IMG/VR virus record: IMGVR_UViG_2721755720_000003
Length of the DNA stretch: 50,985 nt
Strand: one strand, 5' to 3'
Origin: a virus
Lineage: Duplodnaviria > Heunggongvirae > Uroviricota > Caudoviricetes
The notes beneath the pieces were generated by a model. That model worked only from the letters and a program-made list of their open reading frames with translations. It was not told the origin of the DNA and searched no databases. The translations under genes were made by a program, and so were the position numbers. Of this stretch, positions 1 through 11,423 are shown piece by piece (the stretch's first letter is position 1; each line of letters begins with the position of its first letter).

Positions 1-234
1 ATGAAATCAAAAGACACCCTAAAGTGGTTCCCTGCGCAGCTTCCTGAAGTAAGAATTATCCTAGGGGATGCTGTAGTGGAAGTAGCAAAACAGGGAAGAC
101 CTATCAATACCAGAACATTGCTTGATTACATTGAAGGAAACATAAAGAAAAAATCATGGCTGGATAACAAAGAATTATTACAAACAGCGATATCAGTTCT
201 TAAAGACAACCAAAATTTAAATGGTAAAATGTAA
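1..234 (+). CDS. ynaE: YnaE/YdfK-family small prophage protein (77 aa); ATG is at window position 1
   Basis: 77-aa ORF matching my recollection of the Rac YnaE / Qin YdfK cold-shock-associated protein; sits next to pinR as in Rac. Confidence 0.65.
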   Translation: MKSKDTLKWFPAQLPEVRIILGDAVVEVAKQGRPINTRTLLDYIEGNIKKKSWLDNKELLQTAISVLKDNQNLNGKM

Positions 235-550
235 TATAATAAACTTACTTTTTTATCATTTTTCCACTTTAACAACATTTTGCTCCACTTTTCCACGACC
301 AAACAACTTGAAATCTGGTTAAAATAACACGCAACACTATTCTTCTTCCTTGAGTCCGCCCGGAACTCGAAAAACAAACCGAGTTAAAGCCATTTTTCAC
401 AAAATCGATTTTGGGTCTCACCAAAATTACGGGGTTGCATACGCATTCGTTTATTTTCGAACGTGTACATACAAATATGCACAAAAATAATCATAATTAT
501 TTTCTGAGATGCATTATGATATGAACACCAATTTCGTATAGAGTCTCACT

Positions 551-1141
551 ATGTCTCAAATTTTTGCTTACTGTCGGATATCAACGCTGGATCAGACCAC
601 CGAAAATCAACGCCGGGAAATCGAAAGTGCAGGTTTTAAAATCAAACCTCAGCAAATAATCGAAGAACACATTAGTGGCTCAGCAGCAACCAGTGAGCGT
701 CCTGGTTTTAACCGGTTGCTTGCTCGCCTGAAATGTGGTGATCAATTGATTGTGACAAAACTGGATCGCCTTGGTTGTAATGCAATGGATATCAGGAAAA
801 CAGTGGAACAACTGACCGAAACAGGTATCAGAGTGCATTGCTTAGCATTGGGGGGCATTGACCTGACCAGTCCAACAGGAAAAATGATGATGCAAGTAAT
901 TTCAGCAGTCGCTGAATTTGAACGAGACCTTTTACTTGAACGCACTCATTCCGGGATAGTAAGAGCCCGCGGCGCAGGGAAACGTTTTGGTCGACCACCT
1001 GTGTTAAATGAAGAACAGAAACAGGTGGTATTCGAACGAATTAAGTCAGGTGTAAGTATAAGTGCCATTGCCCGGGAATTCAAAACCTCGCGGCAAACCA
1101 TTTTAAGAGCCAAAGCAAAACTTCAGACACCTGACATATAA
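551..1141 (+). CDS. pinR: Serine recombinase (resolvase/invertase family), PinR-like
   Basis: 196 aa; N-terminal catalytic region with the Ser in [10 protein letters not shown]-terminal HTH; position beside tfa/stf. Confidence 0.85.
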   Translation: MSQIFAYCRISTLDQTTENQRREIESAGFKIKPQQIIEEHISGSAATSERPGFNRLLARLKCGDQLIVTKLDRLGCNAMDIRKTVEQLTETGIRVHCLALGGIDLTSPTGKMMMQVISAVAEFERDLLLERTHSGIVRARGAGKRFGRPPVLNEEQKQVVFERIKSGVSISAIAREFKTSRQTILRAKAKLQTPDI

Positions 1142-1238
1142 AAAATAATCTCGGTGTGAGATGCTTTACGTCTTCCAAGCCCCCTTCCTTGCCGTAAATG
1201 GAAAGATACATCTAATTATAGAATTTATATGTTTTACC

Positions 1239-1814
1239 CTACGGCAGTGCTGGCCATTCAATATCCTGTGAAGTTGACGTATCAACACGGTTCAGCAATA
1301 CCCGATACTTTTTCCATGCTTCCAGCAACGAGATTTCTTCCTCCGTTGCAATTTCCAGATCTGCAGCATCCTGAAGCGGCGCAATATGCTCACTGGCTAC
1401 CTGCATCAGGTTGTTTTTTGTTTCTTCCGCCTCCCGGATCCGGAACAGTTTTTCTGCTTCCGTATCCTTCACCCAGGCTGTGCCGTTCCACTTCTGAAAC
1501 TCCCCTTCCGGCGATAACCAGGTAACATTTTCCGGTAACGGACCGAGTTCAGAAATAAATAACGCGTCGCCGGAAGCCACGTCATAAACCGTTTTACCCC
1601 GATGATCTTCAACGAGATGCCACGATGCCTCATCACTGTTGAAAACAGCCACGAAGCCTGCCGGAATATCTGGCGGTGCAATATCGGTACTGTTTGCTGG
1701 CAGACCTGTATGAGGCGGAATATATGCATCACCTTCACCAATAAATTCATTAGTTCCGGCCAGCAGATTATAAATTGTTATGGTCCGTGGTTGTTCACTC
1801 ATTCTGAATACCAT
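1239..1814 (-). CDS. tfaR: Tail fiber assembly protein Tfa
   Basis: 191 aa, near-identical to lambda Tfa as recalled ([12 protein letters not shown]...); ATG overlaps the stf stop (TAATG). Confidence 0.9.
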   Translation of the reverse strand: MVFRMSEQPRTITIYNLLAGTNEFIGEGDAYIPPHTGLPANSTDIAPPDIPAGFVAVFNSDEASWHLVEDHRGKTVYDVASGDALFISELGPLPENVTWLSPEGEFQKWNGTAWVKDTEAEKLFRIREAEETKNNLMQVASEHIAPLQDAADLEIATEEEISLLEAWKKYRVLLNRVDTSTSQDIEWPALP

Positions 1815-4800
1815 TATGCAAGCCTCACAATATAGTTAAATGCGATGTTTTTGACGGTGTTTTCCGCGTTACCAGCAGCGTTAACGGTGATGGTGTGTCC
1901 ATGTGAACCAATCGCAACGGAGTGCGTATGAGCACCAATACCGACAGTATGCGCGTGTGCACCTGCAGATGCTGCTGTGCCGGACAGTGAGTGGCTATGA
2001 TTACCATCTGTACTGGTATTAGCTAACCACCCCGTAGACATACCTACTGAGCCTTGTACACCCCAGGTATTTTGACCTGAGCTTGTATAACCATATTGAT
2101 AAGTATCTTTAAAAACACTGGGGTTAAATCGACGGCCATCTCTATGGCTGTGATTACCAGCTGCATTCGTGCTGCCACTTAAACTATGGGTATGCGCACC
2201 AGTGTTATTCGTGGATTTAGTGCCGTAATCAAACGACGATGTGGTTTTCGTCCCCAAATCCGTACTGGATGCGCTGGCGCTGTGGGTATGCGATTTAATG
2301 CCGTCCTGTTCCTGAGACAATACGGCCCGACCACTGGCAGGTTTGCCCTTAATCGTCCAGCCACGCATATCAGGGATCACGCCTGACGGATAAGCCGCTG
2401 CAAGTTTCGGGTATGCAGATTTGTCAAAAGTCTGCCCCTGCATCAGGGCATAGCCAGACGGAACGGTATCTGATGGCCACGGGATTGGTGCACCGACTGG
2501 ATAAAACTCTGCAGGAGGATGAGCCGAGGTGTAAAGCTGCGCCCACGGCGACCAGTTTGCGTCGGTCGTATCCCGTCGTGAACGAATAAATGCCGGAGCA
2601 TGAGCACCGCTTGTACCACTCCAGCCGATGAGTAACTCACCTTCGCCAACGGCTGTCATCCCTTTCAGGTGAATGATATTTCCATACGCTGTTGGATATC
2701 CGTTGTTATACACCTCGTATAACTCAAGACCTGTTGCCCCCTGCGTATTGTCTGTCAGCGCGGTTACCCGACCTTTTGAAGACAGATTAACTGATGATAC
2801 TGCTGTTCCACCTGACGGTAATGCCCCGATCTCTGATGCCGTTGGCTTATTTCTGGAGTTATAGTCCCTTCGCCAGCCAGGTGAATAATCTGTTCCGTGA
2901 TTAATATAGGTAAACTGGGCGTTAGTTGTTCCGCCACCAGTGGAGGTAGTCGGTGTGGTAATGCGGATCGTCATCGCTGACTTTATCCCCATTACTTCAA
3001 TGACAGCTCCTGCGAGATGAATATTACCGCAGCCAGTATCAGTAATGATTTTATTATTGCCATAAGACCAGGAACCCTTGCACATCCAGTATGGATGGTT
3101 AAATGCTCCCTGAGAATCCAGCCACTCGATAAACTGTGCAGTCGTCCAGTCTCCTGTTGTTGTGCTTACTGACCCACCGAAGGCACGGCTGGCACCAATA
3201 TTTTTCGTAAAGGTGTCTTTGCCAGGGATATCCGCACCGTTCTTATCTTTCTGCAGACGTTTCTCAGCATTGTCATTGGCTGCTTTTACTGCCTTTGGCG
3301 TTGCTGCCAGCGTTTCAGACGTGCTGTTGGTCGCGCTGCTTAGCTGGACTATCCCTTTCTGTGCTGTCGTTGCATCCTGTGCGGTGTATTTCCCGTCAGC
3401 CAGGTCATACGCGGCCTTAACTGCTTTTGGCGTTGCCGCCAGTGACTCGGAAGTGCTGTTGGTCGCACTGCTGAGCTGTACTATCCCCTTTTTCGTCGTG
3501 CTCGCATCCTCAAGCGCCACGGCGGATGCAATATCCTCTGCCCGTTTTGCCGCTGTCTCAGCGCGCGTTGCCGCGGATTCCGCCGTACTTTTGCTCTGTG
3601 CTGCCGCCGTCGCACTGCCAGCTGCCTCTGTCGCCTTCGTGGATGCTGTCGTGGCGCTGCCCTTCGCTGCTGACGCTTGTCTGGTCGCCTCATCTTTTGA
3701 AGCAGACGCAGATGATGCCGATGACGCCGCCGAACTGGCGGACGATGCGGCAGCCGTTTTTGAGGATTCTGCGCTGGTTTCCGACGCTTTCGCGTTCGTT
3801 TCGGATGTCTTCGCTGCGGAAGCAGACCTCGCTGCTGCTCTGGCCTGTTCAGTGGCTTCGCCAGCCTTCGTTGTGGCTGTTGAAGCAGACGATGCGGCGC
3901 TTTCTGCCGATTTTCCGGCGGCGGTGGCACTGGCTGAGGCCTGCCCGGCACTTGTTGACGCGGCACTGGCAGACGACGCAGCCGCTGTTTTTGAGCCTGC
4001 CGCAGCCGAGGCGCTCTGTCCCGCTGCCGTTTCAGAAGACCTGGCGTTCGTCTCTGACGTTTTTGCCGCCTTCGCGGAATTTCCTGCCGCTGTTGCCGAG
4101 GAAGCTGCGCTACTGGCGCTCGAGGATGCGTTCGTTTCTGATGATTTTGCCGCCTCTTTTGAAGCCGCCGCATCCCGGGCTGAGCTGGCAGCTTCTGACG
4201 CTTTCGTGGTCGCGGTGGATGCAGAAGTGGCTGCTGATTGTTGTGACGCTGCCGCATTCGTTTCTGACGTTTTCGCGGCACTGGCACTGGTAGCTGCCGC
4301 GCTTTTTGAGGACTCTGCAGCGGCAGCACTTTTTGATGCTTCAGTGGCCTTTGTTGATGCCGTTCCTGCGCTGGAAGACGCTGACTGAGCCGACGAAGCG
4401 GCCTGTCCGGCTGACGTGCTGGCTGCGCGTGCTGAGCCTGTAGCATCAGTCGCATGGGTTGCCGCCTCACGGGCAGATGTGCCGGCATCGCCGGCTGACT
4501 TCTTCGCGACTGCCGTGTTCTGTGCCACCACGGACGCGTTACGCGCCACCTCTTCCACCATCAGTTCAAAACGGCGCAGTGCCTCCGGACGGGCATCATC
4601 CTCCGTCATGGCACCGAGAAAATCATTCAGCGTACCGGGTCGGGAATCTTCATACACGGTGATGGTCCCGGCATGTGACGGCGGGAATCCCTCCACCAAC
4701 AGAATAACGCTGTACTGCCCGTACTCAACGTCCATGCTGTAACGCCCGGCTTCATCCGGATTTTCTGAGGCCAGCGTGTTCACCACCACCGTGGTACTGT

Positions 4801-4885
4801 TACGTTTTGCTTTCAGCTGGATTGTGCAGTTCTGTACCGGTTTTCCTGTGCCGTCTTTCAGTACACCTGAAATCTTTACTGCCAT
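1814..4885 (-). CDS. stfR: Side tail fiber protein Stf, with a long Ala/Ser/Thr-rich repetitive central region
   Basis: N-terminus [26 protein letters not shown] matches lambda Stf; C-terminal His-rich GAHxH repeats; ATG at 4885 preferred over the GTG at 4891 in the ORF track. Confidence 0.9.
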   Translation of the reverse strand: MAVKISGVLKDGTGKPVQNCTIQLKAKRNSTTVVVNTLASENPDEAGRYSMDVEYGQYSVILLVEGFPPSHAGTITVYEDSRPGTLNDFLGAMTEDDARPEALRRFELMVEEVARNASVVAQNTAVAKKSAGDAGTSAREAATHATDATGSARAASTSAGQAASSAQSASSSAGTASTKATEASKSAAAAESSKSAAATSASAAKTSETNAAASQQSAATSASTATTKASEAASSARDAAASKEAAKSSETNASSSASSAASSATAAGNSAKAAKTSETNARSSETAAGQSASAAAGSKTAAASSASAASTSAGQASASATAAGKSAESAASSASTATTKAGEATEQARAAARSASAAKTSETNAKASETSAESSKTAAASSASSAASSASSASASKDEATRQASAAKGSATTASTKATEAAGSATAAAQSKSTAESAATRAETAAKRAEDIASAVALEDASTTKKGIVQLSSATNSTSESLAATPKAVKAAYDLADGKYTAQDATTAQKGIVQLSSATNSTSETLAATPKAVKAANDNAEKRLQKDKNGADIPGKDTFTKNIGASRAFGGSVSTTTGDWTTAQFIEWLDSQGAFNHPYWMCKGSWSYGNNKIITDTGCGNIHLAGAVIEVMGIKSAMTIRITTPTTSTGGGTTNAQFTYINHGTDYSPGWRRDYNSRNKPTASEIGALPSGGTAVSSVNLSSKGRVTALTDNTQGATGLELYEVYNNGYPTAYGNIIHLKGMTAVGEGELLIGWSGTSGAHAPAFIRSRRDTTDANWSPWAQLYTSAHPPAEFYPVGAPIPWPSDTVPSGYALMQGQTFDKSAYPKLAAAYPSGVIPDMRGWTIKGKPASGRAVLSQEQDGIKSHTHSASASSTDLGTKTTSSFDYGTKSTNNTGAHTHSLSGSTNAAGNHSHRDGRRFNPSVFKDTYQYGYTSSGQNTWGVQGSVGMSTGWLANTSTDGNHSHSLSGTAASAGAHAHTVGIGAHTHSVAIGSHGHTITVNAAGNAENTVKNIAFNYIVRLA

Positions 4886-4949
4886 ATTCACCCCACAAAA
4901 AAGCCCGCCTGAACCGGCGGGCTGTCATAACACTGTGTTACCTGGCTAA

Positions 4950-5549
4950 TCAGAATTTATAACCGACACCCACGATGAAACCGTCAGTGCGCCAGTCGCC
5001 ACTGCCGGAACCTTCATAAGCGACATCAATGGCCACGGACTCGGTCGGGTTAAACTGCACGCCAGCCCCCCACGCCAGAGACGTGTTGCTGTGGCGACCG
5101 TCATCACTTCCGGTCAGCACATCGTGCGTTTTCCCCTTATTGTCAGTTACGCGGAGATAATCCCCGGAGAAAGTCGACACACGGCTGTAAGCCACACCCG
5201 CCATCGCATACGCGCTGAACCATTCATTCACGCGTACAGACGGCCCCGCCATCACGCTGAACCAGCGGTTACGCACGGAATCTTCATACCAGCGGGTATC
5301 GCTGTAACGGGTCAGCTGGCGATTCTTGTCTCCTGCATAGCTGAACGACGTCACCATCCCCAGTGTGTCCGTAAACTCATAACGGTATTTCACGTTAATC
5401 CCGTTAAGATCATCGCTGCCGGGAACGTTCGTCGAGGCATGAAGATACCCCGCGCTCAGCGTGGACTGATGTTCAGATGCCCATGCAGGCGCACCGGATA
5501 CGGCCAGACAAATGGCTGCGGAAAAAATGGCGGCATAAAGTTTACGCAT
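4950..5549 (-). CDS. lom: Lom outer-membrane protein (Ail/Lom family beta-barrel)
   Basis: 199 aa with signal peptide and C-terminal GYKF; lambda lom position between J and stf; intact here. Confidence 0.9.
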   Translation of the reverse strand: MRKLYAAIFSAAICLAVSGAPAWASEHQSTLSAGYLHASTNVPGSDDLNGINVKYRYEFTDTLGMVTSFSYAGDKNRQLTRYSDTRWYEDSVRNRWFSVMAGPSVRVNEWFSAYAMAGVAYSRVSTFSGDYLRVTDNKGKTHDVLTGSDDGRHSNTSLAWGAGVQFNPTESVAIDVAYEGSGSGDWRTDGFIVGVGYKF

Positions 5550-5618
5550 AATTACCTCTCGCTTTTCTGCAATAAAAAAGGCACCATTTCTGGTGCCCTT
5601 ATATGGGTTATAACAATT

Positions 5619-8600
5619 TCAACGAATACTGATGCCGGAAGCGGCTTTTTTGGTCACAATCACCGTACAGTCGGTGATATTGCCTGCCCCCTGATTGCCT
5701 TTCTGGAAAATCTTAAACTCCAGAGTGACGCTACCACCACCACTAGGCATATCAATAACTGCACTGTAACTACCGGGAATGGCCCCTTTAGTTTCTCTGG
5801 ATGCGATTAATACGCCGTTTTTGCGAACTTCAAAACCATAACCCGTGTATCGCGTGCCTCCTGGGTTATTTCCGCTCCCCGGATCGTCATACGCTATACC
5901 GTTAAAAATAATGGGCGGAATAATAATCTGGCGGTCAAAGTTATGATCATCGCTGATGGTGACTGTAACCGTACCGTTTGGTGTTTCCGTGTTACCCCAC
6001 GTACCGACTTTTTTCGGGAAGGCTTTTGATACAGCTTTAACGAAATCCCCTCTGACCTGGGTCGCCTCCAGCATGCCCTTAATCGTACAGTTCTGGTTAA
6101 TCGTGACATTGTTGAGCGTTCCTGAGTTCGCATTCACACTACCACTGATATCCGCATTTTTAGCGGTCAGCTTTCCGTCTGATGTCAGGGAAAATACCGG
6201 AGGACTGCCACCGCTGGTAATGGTGGGGGCTGTCAGGCGCTTCAGGAACACGTCGTTCATGAATATCTGGTTGCCCTGCGCCACAAACATCGGCGTTTCA
6301 TTCCCGTTTGCCGGGTCAATAAACGCGATACGGTTAGCGGCAACCAGAAACTGGCTCAGCTTGCCTTCCTCCGTGTCCTCCATGCTGAGGCCAATACCCG
6401 CGACATAATGTTTGCCGTCTTTGGTCTGCTCAATTTTGACGCCCCACATGGCATTCCATTTATCGTTAGCGTCCTTCCACTCTTTCGAAAACTCATCCAG
6501 TCTGCTGGCGTTATCCTCCGTCAGATCAACTTTTTCCAGCAACTCCTTGCCGAGATGAGATTCGGTTATCTTGCCTTTGAAAAAATCCAGGTAACCTTCC
6601 GCATCATCGCTCGCCCGACCGACAGCCTCCACGAATGCCGATTTGCCAACGGTGTTCACACTGCGAACGTAAAAATAATAATCATGGCCCGGCCTGATAT
6701 TGATACTGGCAGCTATCCAGTACAGCGCCGTGCCAAGATAGCGGGCTGTGGTTTCAACCTGCCTGATATCAGCAATCCGTTTTTCCGAGAACCAGAACTC
6801 AAACTGTACCGTCGGGTCATAAACCGCAAGATGCGGCGTGGCGGTTATCTGAAAATAGCCCGGTGTCAGCTCAATCCGAGACGGCGCTGCCGGTGCGGCA
6901 ATCCGGAACGATACCGATGCCGGATCGCCCTGCTGTCCCCACGCATTTACCACCCGGACTGTCAGCCTGTAGTTCCCCAGCGCCAGTTGCGTGAAGCGGT
7001 ATGTGGTTTCCGTCGTCCGGGCCGTGCTGACCAGCCGCTCACTGCCGTCATCCGCGGCCACGGTCAGGCGAAGCATAAAGCTCACCCCCTTCACCACCTT
7101 CGGCGTATCCCAGCGCGCCAGCACCTGGTATTCCCCACTGTCTGCGGTGACTTCTGCGGTCAGGTGCTGCACCGCTGGCGGCGTGACACCATTCACCGTG
7201 CCGCTCTGGTCGCCGTCAAAGTGCGCCCCGTTATCCACGATAGCTTCTTTTTCCGGTACATGCTGCACGGCGGTGATGGCATACGTGCCGTCGTCGTTCT
7301 CACGGATACTCACGCAGCGGAACAGGCGCTGGCGCAGCGTCGGCAGCTTCAGCCCCCACACGCTGTATTCAGCAACGCCGTCAGGAACACGGCTCACTTT
7401 CACCTTCACGCCGTCGGTGACGGACTGAACCTCCACGCTGACCGGATTGCCACTTCCGTCAACCAGGCTTATCAGCGTGGTACCGGAGGATGGCAGCGTG
7501 ATTTCACGGTCGAGCGTCAGCGTCCGGGTCTGGCTGTTCACAGCCAGCACGCGCCCGCCGATGCTGATCCCCGCATAGTCATCATCGCAGATTTCAATAA
7601 CATCACCCGGCACATGGCGAAGCCCTTCTGCGCCCACGCTGAAGTCCACGGTCTGCGTTTCCAGCAGCTCCGTTTTAATCAGCCACAGCCCGGCGCGGTG
7701 TGCCTGCCCCCGGCTGGTACAGCCAAAGGCGTCCATCTTCGTGACGTTACGACCGTAACGGAGAATGGCCGGCGTGTCCTCCACAAGCTCTGTCGCCGTC
7801 TCCCAGCCGTTATCCGGGTCAATCCAGTTCACCTCAACGGCATTATGGCGGTCCTTCAGGGCGCTGAAGCTGTAGCGGAACGGCGCGCCATCATCCGGCA
7901 TCACCACATTACTGCGGTTATAGGTCCACACCTTATCCGACGGTCGGTCCTGCACAAACGTCAGCGTCTGCCCGTTCCATACCGGCATACAGCGCATCGC
8001 CGAGCAGAAATCACTGAGCACATCCCACGCCTTACGCTGTGTGGTCAGGTACGCATTACAGGTGATGCGCGGCTCCGTGCCGCCAAAGCCGTCCGGCACT
8101 GACTGGTCGCAGTACTGGCCGATGACATACAGCGCCCATTTATCCACATCCGCCGCACCAAGACGTTTCCCCATGCCGTAGCGCGGATGGGTCAGCATAT
8201 CCCACAGACACCAGGCCATGTTGTTGCTGTATGCCGGTTTAAACGTTCCGTCCCAGATACCGCTGTATTGCCGCGTCTGCGGGTTATAGTTCGACGGCAC
8301 CTGCAGAATACGCCCGCGCAGATGATAATTACGGCTCACCTGCTGGCTGCCGAACTGCTCCGAATCCACCTGCACGCCGACCAGTGCCGTGTTCGGGTAG
8401 CACTGTTTCACATCGATGATTTCGGTGTATGACGACCAGAGCGTTTTGTTCTGCAGCTGGTCTGTGGTGCTGTCCGGCGTCATCCTGCGCATCCGGATAT
8501 TGAACGGGCGCGGCGGCAGGTTACCCACCACCACCGATGCCAGATACTGTGAGGTGGTTTTGCCTTTAATGGTGATGTCTTTTTCCGTCACCCAGCCACC

Positions 8601-9032
8601 GTTACGCTGTATCTGAACCAGCAGGCGGACTTCCGACGGATTCCGGTCCCCCTTTGAGGTGGTTTCCACCAGTGCCTGCACACCGAAGGTAAAGCGCAGA
8701 CGGTCGATGTTTGCCGACGTGATGGTCCGGGTAATCGGCGTGTCGTACTTCACTTCCGTACCCAGCACCGTCTCGGAGCCGGAGGATTCAAATCCCTCCG
8801 GCGGTGTCTGCTCCTGCTCACCTGCCCGGAAAACCACCGTGACACCGGAGATATTGGTATTCCCCTCACTGTCCAGCACCGGCGTACTGTTCAGCAGCAC
8901 ACTTTTTAATCCGTCCACCGGACCTTCAACCGGCCCTTCACTGATGGCGTCTATCACGCTCAGCATCTGGGATGATTTCAGGTTGTCCTTCGCTTCGCGC
9001 GGGGTATGCCCCTTACTGCTGCCTTTACCCAT
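5619..9032 (-). CDS. J: Tail tip / host specificity protein J (central tail fiber)
   Basis: 1137 aa; N-terminal ~980 aa near-identical to lambda J as recalled; C-terminal ~150 aa diverged. Confidence 0.9.
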   Translation of the reverse strand: MGKGSSKGHTPREAKDNLKSSQMLSVIDAISEGPVEGPVDGLKSVLLNSTPVLDSEGNTNISGVTVVFRAGEQEQTPPEGFESSGSETVLGTEVKYDTPITRTITSANIDRLRFTFGVQALVETTSKGDRNPSEVRLLVQIQRNGGWVTEKDITIKGKTTSQYLASVVVGNLPPRPFNIRMRRMTPDSTTDQLQNKTLWSSYTEIIDVKQCYPNTALVGVQVDSEQFGSQQVSRNYHLRGRILQVPSNYNPQTRQYSGIWDGTFKPAYSNNMAWCLWDMLTHPRYGMGKRLGAADVDKWALYVIGQYCDQSVPDGFGGTEPRITCNAYLTTQRKAWDVLSDFCSAMRCMPVWNGQTLTFVQDRPSDKVWTYNRSNVVMPDDGAPFRYSFSALKDRHNAVEVNWIDPDNGWETATELVEDTPAILRYGRNVTKMDAFGCTSRGQAHRAGLWLIKTELLETQTVDFSVGAEGLRHVPGDVIEICDDDYAGISIGGRVLAVNSQTRTLTLDREITLPSSGTTLISLVDGSGNPVSVEVQSVTDGVKVKVSRVPDGVAEYSVWGLKLPTLRQRLFRCVSIRENDDGTYAITAVQHVPEKEAIVDNGAHFDGDQSGTVNGVTPPAVQHLTAEVTADSGEYQVLARWDTPKVVKGVSFMLRLTVAADDGSERLVSTARTTETTYRFTQLALGNYRLTVRVVNAWGQQGDPASVSFRIAAPAAPSRIELTPGYFQITATPHLAVYDPTVQFEFWFSEKRIADIRQVETTARYLGTALYWIAASINIRPGHDYYFYVRSVNTVGKSAFVEAVGRASDDAEGYLDFFKGKITESHLGKELLEKVDLTEDNASRLDEFSKEWKDANDKWNAMWGVKIEQTKDGKHYVAGIGLSMEDTEEGKLSQFLVAANRIAFIDPANGNETPMFVAQGNQIFMNDVFLKRLTAPTITSGGSPPVFSLTSDGKLTAKNADISGSVNANSGTLNNVTINQNCTIKGMLEATQVRGDFVKAVSKAFPKKVGTWGNTETPNGTVTVTISDDHNFDRQIIIPPIIFNGIAYDDPGSGNNPGGTRYTGYGFEVRKNGVLIASRETKGAIPGSYSAVIDMPSGGGSVTLEFKIFQKGNQGAGNITDCTVIVTKKAASGISIR

Positions 9033-9092
9033 TCCTCACGCTCCATAAACGACAAAACCGCCCGGAGGCGGTTTCACATAAAACGTTTTTCA

Positions 9093-9740
9093 TCAGCGAC
9101 CAATCACCACAACCTGACCACCATCCCCTTCGTCTGCCGTGCTGATCTCCTGAGAGACCACCCGCGACCCCACGCGCATTTCACCGTACAGAACGGGCAG
9201 AACATTGCCCTGGGCAACCATGTTATCCAGTGACGAGAAATACGTGTTCTGTTTGCCGTTATCTGTACTGGCTGCCGTGGGCGTCCTGGCTTTCGGTGCC
9301 AACATCTGCGCCACACCGCCCAGGATCATACTGGCCCCTGCCGCATACATACCCGATACAGCCGTGGCCCCCAGCCAGCCCACAGGGTTCCACCATGCAA
9401 CCGCAATCAGCGCCGCCCCCAGCACTGCCTGAAAAATACCGCCACTTTTAGCACCCGCCGGACGCGGTACGATGTGGATCACGGCACCATTTTCCAGCGG
9501 CTCATTAAGACGGGCAGACAATTCAGTTTCACCTGCATCACGCCCGGCAATGCGTACCTGGTACCAGCCGTCGCTCAGTTTCTGACGAAATGCCGGGATC
9601 TGCATGGCCAGCGCCCGGATGGCTTCGGACCCCGTTTTCACTCGAAGGTCGATGCGGCGGCCAAATCGTTGTAAATCCCCGTAAAGGCAGATGCGTGCCA
9701 TGCCCGGTGACGCCAGAGGGAGTGTGTGCGTCGCTGCCAT
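9093..9740 (-). CDS. I: Tail assembly protein I
   Basis: 215 aa; N-terminal MAATHTLPLASPGMARICLYGDLQRFGRR matches lambda gpI; overlaps the 3' end of K. Confidence 0.85.
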   Translation of the reverse strand: MAATHTLPLASPGMARICLYGDLQRFGRRIDLRVKTGSEAIRALAMQIPAFRQKLSDGWYQVRIAGRDAGETELSARLNEPLENGAVIHIVPRPAGAKSGGIFQAVLGAALIAVAWWNPVGWLGATAVSGMYAAGASMILGGVAQMLAPKARTPTAASTDNGKQNTYFSSLDNMVAQGNVLPVLYGEMRVGSRVVSQEISTADEGDGGQVVVIGR

Positions 9741-10381
9741 TTGTCGGTGTACCTCTCTCGTTTGCTCAGTTGTTCAGGAATATGGTGCAGCAGCTCGCTG
9801 TCACCACAGTAAATGGCGGCATGATTCGGCACCGATGAACCAAAACAGCACAGCAGCACATCGCCCGGCTGCGCCGCTGACAACGGCACCTGATACAGCC
9901 CTGTGGCCTCCAGATTATCCAGATAGAGATTCTGACCGTGACGCCACCAGTTATCCCCGCGATGAAAATCCGGCATCTCAATTCCCGCCAGATGGTAAGC
10001 GTCCCGGAACAGCGTGTAACAGTCCGTCACCCCGTGCTCAAAGCGCCGCCCGGTGAGATGCGGCACACAGCGGAATTTATGAATCGCCCCCCGGCAGACC
10101 AGCCACCACGGCAAATCACTCTGTACCTGCAGCCGCCGGTCGGCCTCACTCAGCCAGGGCAGACCACCGGGGTGGCTGTGGACCAGCGCCACAATCTCTC
10201 CCTGCATTTCTGCACTCAGCCAGTCCTCCGGCGACATCCGGAAATACGCCTCCGGCTCACCGGAGATATTCACGCAGGGAAAATATCTTTCCTCCTCCGG
10301 CGTTCTCACCACGAAGCCGCACGACTCCGCTGGCGCACATCGCCGGGCGTGCGCCAGAATCGCTGATTCTGTCTCTGTCAT
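9638..10381 (-). CDS. K: Tail assembly protein K (JAB/MPN plus NlpC/P60-like domains)
   Basis: HSHPGGLPWLSEAD JAMM-like motif; Cys/His NlpC-P60-like C-terminus; start directly after the L stop. Confidence 0.8.
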   Translation of the reverse strand: MTETESAILAHARRCAPAESCGFVVRTPEEERYFPCVNISGEPEAYFRMSPEDWLSAEMQGEIVALVHSHPGGLPWLSEADRRLQVQSDLPWWLVCRGAIHKFRCVPHLTGRRFEHGVTDCYTLFRDAYHLAGIEMPDFHRGDNWWRHGQNLYLDNLEATGLYQVPLSAAQPGDVLLCCFGSSVPNHAAIYCGDSELLHHIPEQLSKRERYTDKWQRRTHSLWRHRAWHASAFTGIYNDLAAASTFE

Positions 10382-10386
10382 GGGAT

Positions 10387-11085
10387 TTACTGCGAAAGTT
10401 TGTTAATGGAAAGGAAGCTGCCAAAGTTGCCGACATTATTGCGAAACTTACAGCCACTCAGGCATTTGCTGCATTTATCCTTCGTGATATCGGACGTCGG
10501 CTGGTCATATTCATCCGCGACCGCCGGACCGCTATAACCGCACTCATCGCCGCGATAGGTCCAGGTGCAGGTGTTGGCCAGCATGATACGTCCCGGAAAA
10601 ACAGCGCCATCCGTTTCAGTCGGCGTGGACAGTACAAAAGAGGCACTGACCGCGCTCAGTTCGCTGCACTGCTCGATGCGCCAGCGGCTGATCACCTCCT
10701 GCTCCGGATCGGCTTCGCTGTTTCCGTTGACGAAGTTCACCGCATCCAGAAAGCGGGCGTAAACCTTACGCCGGACCACCGTTCCGCCGACCAGACTCTG
10801 CAGATCTTCCGCCATCCCGGTGATCATGCCGTGCAGGTTAGAGACCGTCAGTGTCGGACGGGCAGCACTGCCCTTGCCGTTCATCTCAAATCCACTCCCC
10901 TGAATGGGATAGGCCTGATACTGCCGACTCTGCCAGGTGACAGACTCACCTTTTTCGTTCTGCTCATTACAGAAAAAGTAGCGATCCCCGCCTACCTCGG
11001 TCAGGTCGATTTCCCAGAGCACCACGCTGGCCGACTGCTCCGCACGAATGCATTCATTCAGCGTTTCCTGTTGTATGTCCTGCAT
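10387..11085 (-). CDS. L: Minor tail protein L
   Basis: 232 aa with C-terminal Cys cluster; position between M and K. Confidence 0.85.
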   Translation of the reverse strand: MQDIQQETLNECIRAEQSASVVLWEIDLTEVGGDRYFFCNEQNEKGESVTWQSRQYQAYPIQGSGFEMNGKGSAARPTLTVSNLHGMITGMAEDLQSLVGGTVVRRKVYARFLDAVNFVNGNSEADPEQEVISRWRIEQCSELSAVSASFVLSTPTETDGAVFPGRIMLANTCTWTYRGDECGYSGPAVADEYDQPTSDITKDKCSKCLSGCKFRNNVGNFGSFLSINKLSQ

Positions 11086-11423
11086 CAGATCACCACTTCG
11101 TCAAACTGACACGAAAAATCGGTATAGGTGATATGTTCTGTCGCTGACCACGTTCGACACACCACTCTGATTTTTCTGTTAATACCAGGCGGGCGCCAAA
11201 AAAAAGATTTATAGCCTTCATGCCGGGCTAAAAATTTTTCAAATGAATCACGTTCATTCGCCTCAACTTTGAAATCACAGGTGAAAACGCGCAGAGAATG
11301 ATTAAGTCCATTTGGACTTCGTTGCTCATAACCATCGCCAAATCTTACAGTTTTTATCGATGGTTTATTTTCTGTTTTCATTCCATCCTCTGGTAACCAG
11401 TGAAATTCTTCCGTATTAGCCAC
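11085..11423 (-). CDS. M: Minor tail protein M
   Basis: 112 aa; [10 protein letters not shown] motif; position between the tape measure gene and L. Confidence 0.75.
   Translation of the reverse strand: MANTEEFHWLPEDGMKTENKPSIKTVRFGDGYEQRSPNGLNHSLRVFTCDFKVEANERDSFEKFLARHEGYKSFFWRPPGINRKIRVVCRTWSATEHITYTDFSCQFDEVVI

Noticed and set aside
235-550. Repeated TTTTCCAC motifs upstream of pinR
   Set aside because: Only two to three short copies in AT-rich intergenic DNA; insufficient to call a regulatory site
1142-2100. Pin-type recombination (gix/hix-like) sites that would make the tail-fiber C-terminus invertible
   Set aside because: No pair of inverted ~26-bp crossover-like sequences found by eye around tfa or the 3' end of stf; a proper scan is needed
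3162-4488. Long ORFs on both strands (408 aa +, 335 aa -, 255 aa +) inside the stf repeat region
   Set aside because: They overlap the recognisable Stf reading frame and are low-complexity (Ala/Arg/Pro/Gln-rich) artefacts of the GC-rich Ala/Ser-coding repeats
6408-8102. 564-aa ORF on the + strand antisense to J
   Set aside because: It lies entirely inside the well-supported J gene; Arg/His-rich low-complexity translation typical of antisense frames in GC-rich coding DNA
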